NCBI RefSeq assembly: GCF_030144855.1
Contig: NC_082716.1
Location: forward strand, 39,680,001-39,744,000
DNA from: Hypanus sabinus
Taxonomy: Eukaryota
Reading direction: 5' to 3'
DNA: 64,000 bases
The notes under the pieces are model-generated. The model was not told the origin of the DNA. It saw only the letters and a program-made list of their open reading frames with translations, and made no database searches. Positions 62,685 to 64,000 of this stretch are shown piece after piece. The position numbers and the translations under genes were made by a program. How positions within the stretch are numbered: position 1 is the first letter of the stretch; every line of letters begins with the position of its first letter.

Positions 62685-64000
62685 TATACAAAATGGTTAT
62701 TCTTTTTGGGTATTACTTTGCCTTAAGGACTAGATGAATTTTAAAACGGGGTATTCTGATATGATCATTCTGCTCCACCACCAATAAAATTGAATAAATG
62801 ACTGTGTAATGGGGGCAACCAAATGGGCTTTGTAGAATATAGCTTAGGCATGTCAATGTTCATTTGGTCTAGCCAGACAGTTGTCTGGAGTAGTGTATTT
62901 ATTGTTCAGATGTTACCTGCATATTTCTATGGTCTGGATAGAATTTCCATGGTTCTAGATGGTCATTAAAAGTTATAGTAGAAGATTATAGCATGAAAAG
63001 AAAGTCAAATGCCTCTTAAACCAGTCCAAAAAACAACCTAGCTCATTGTCCTTTGAGGTTTTTTAAGCAGTATTTAGTTTCAGACTTGATGAGCTTGGTC
63101 CAAAGATGGACAAAAAAACAAAGTGCAGCCGACACCTTGACAGCAAGGTGACCTGTAATATATAGTAGTAAAGAGGTTTTAGTGAAAATGCAGTCCTGTA
63201 TATTGCAAAAGATGGTGAAGTTAATTTATTCCTGCAGTCTAGGCTTAACCATTTTGGAACATTATAGCTCAGTGCAGGTCCTTTGGCCCTTGATGTTGTG
63301 CTGAACTTTTATACTACTCCAAGATCAATCTCAGTTGGTCCTCATTTTTGCTGTGAATATTGTGGAAACTCTTTGGGATGTCACTAGGTAAGTCTCATCT
63401 CGCTCAATGACTGAAATTCTATAATGTCTGAAGTCGTGATAAAGATTCAGTACCTAATTTTTATGTTTTCAGTAACAAGCATTCAGTGTCTCCTTGAAGC
63501 AAGACCTTGACATTGATCAACCAAAGTAACTTGGGGAAGTAGAAGCAGTACGGCAGCCTTTATGCCAGCACTCCACTCAAAAAGAAAATGGCTTTTTTTT
63601 TGTTTTACTCTAGCAACACTTCACATCAATCTCCAAATCTCTTCAAATTCTTAATATTTAAAGGGAAAAAAATTATCTGCATTGTGTTTTCTTCTAGGGT
63701 GGTCTTGGATAGAGCTGCAGTAATTCATTGTCTTGAGATGAAGAACAATCATTAACAACTGAACACCTTGCTTTGAGATTGACCCTGATTGTAGATGCCT
63801 CAGCCATGGGAAACACTGTCCCCAAGGAACTGTATTAATTTTGTACTTTCAAAAAAATTGACATTAAATAAGTATCCCATGAACATCACTGACAGTAACT
63901 TAACATGGATAACTTGATAGAAAAGCTGCATCTGTAAGGCACAAATTGTATGTAGAACATAGAATGTTACAGCACAGTACAGGTCTTTTGGCCCAAGGTG

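Noticed and set aside
63690-63760. Candidate NASP exon 2 after a pyrimidine tract and AG
   Set aside because: No NASP-like peptide or good donor; the frame hits a stop; looks like decayed repeat

Overview
Vertebrate genomic DNA; the repeat landscape (CR1, RTE, L1, Rex/Babar, Penelope, Tc1, hAT) suggests a cartilaginous fish, probably a ray (inference). The window holds the conserved PRDX1(-)/AKR1A1(+)/NASP(+) block: PRDX1 exons 1-4 (exons 5-6 not found, presumably left of the window), a complete 9-exon AKR1A1 (326 aa) and a probable first coding exon of NASP. PRDX1 and AKR1A1 appear to share a compact (~0.5 kb between first-exon donors) GC-rich bidirectional promoter. PRDX1 introns 3 and 4 are inflated by nested transposons. 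The most striking item is a young, 4.0-kb non-autonomous Gypsy-type LTR element (14517-18551; 4-bp TSD, tRNA-Pro PBS, near-identical LTRs) in which most of RNase H and the integrase core are replaced, in frame with RT, by ~100 codons resembling a sarcomeric myosin heavy-chain (MYH16-like) coiled coil, i.e. apparent retrovirus-style capture of a host mRNA. Also notable: Ser in place of the active-site Thr in PRDX1, AKR1A1 lacking K127/D217/W220 equivalents, a 5.8S-ITS2 rDNA fragment with snap-back junctions, and two independent solo LTRs inside one hAT element. All homology calls rest on recalled reference sequences; no database search was run.
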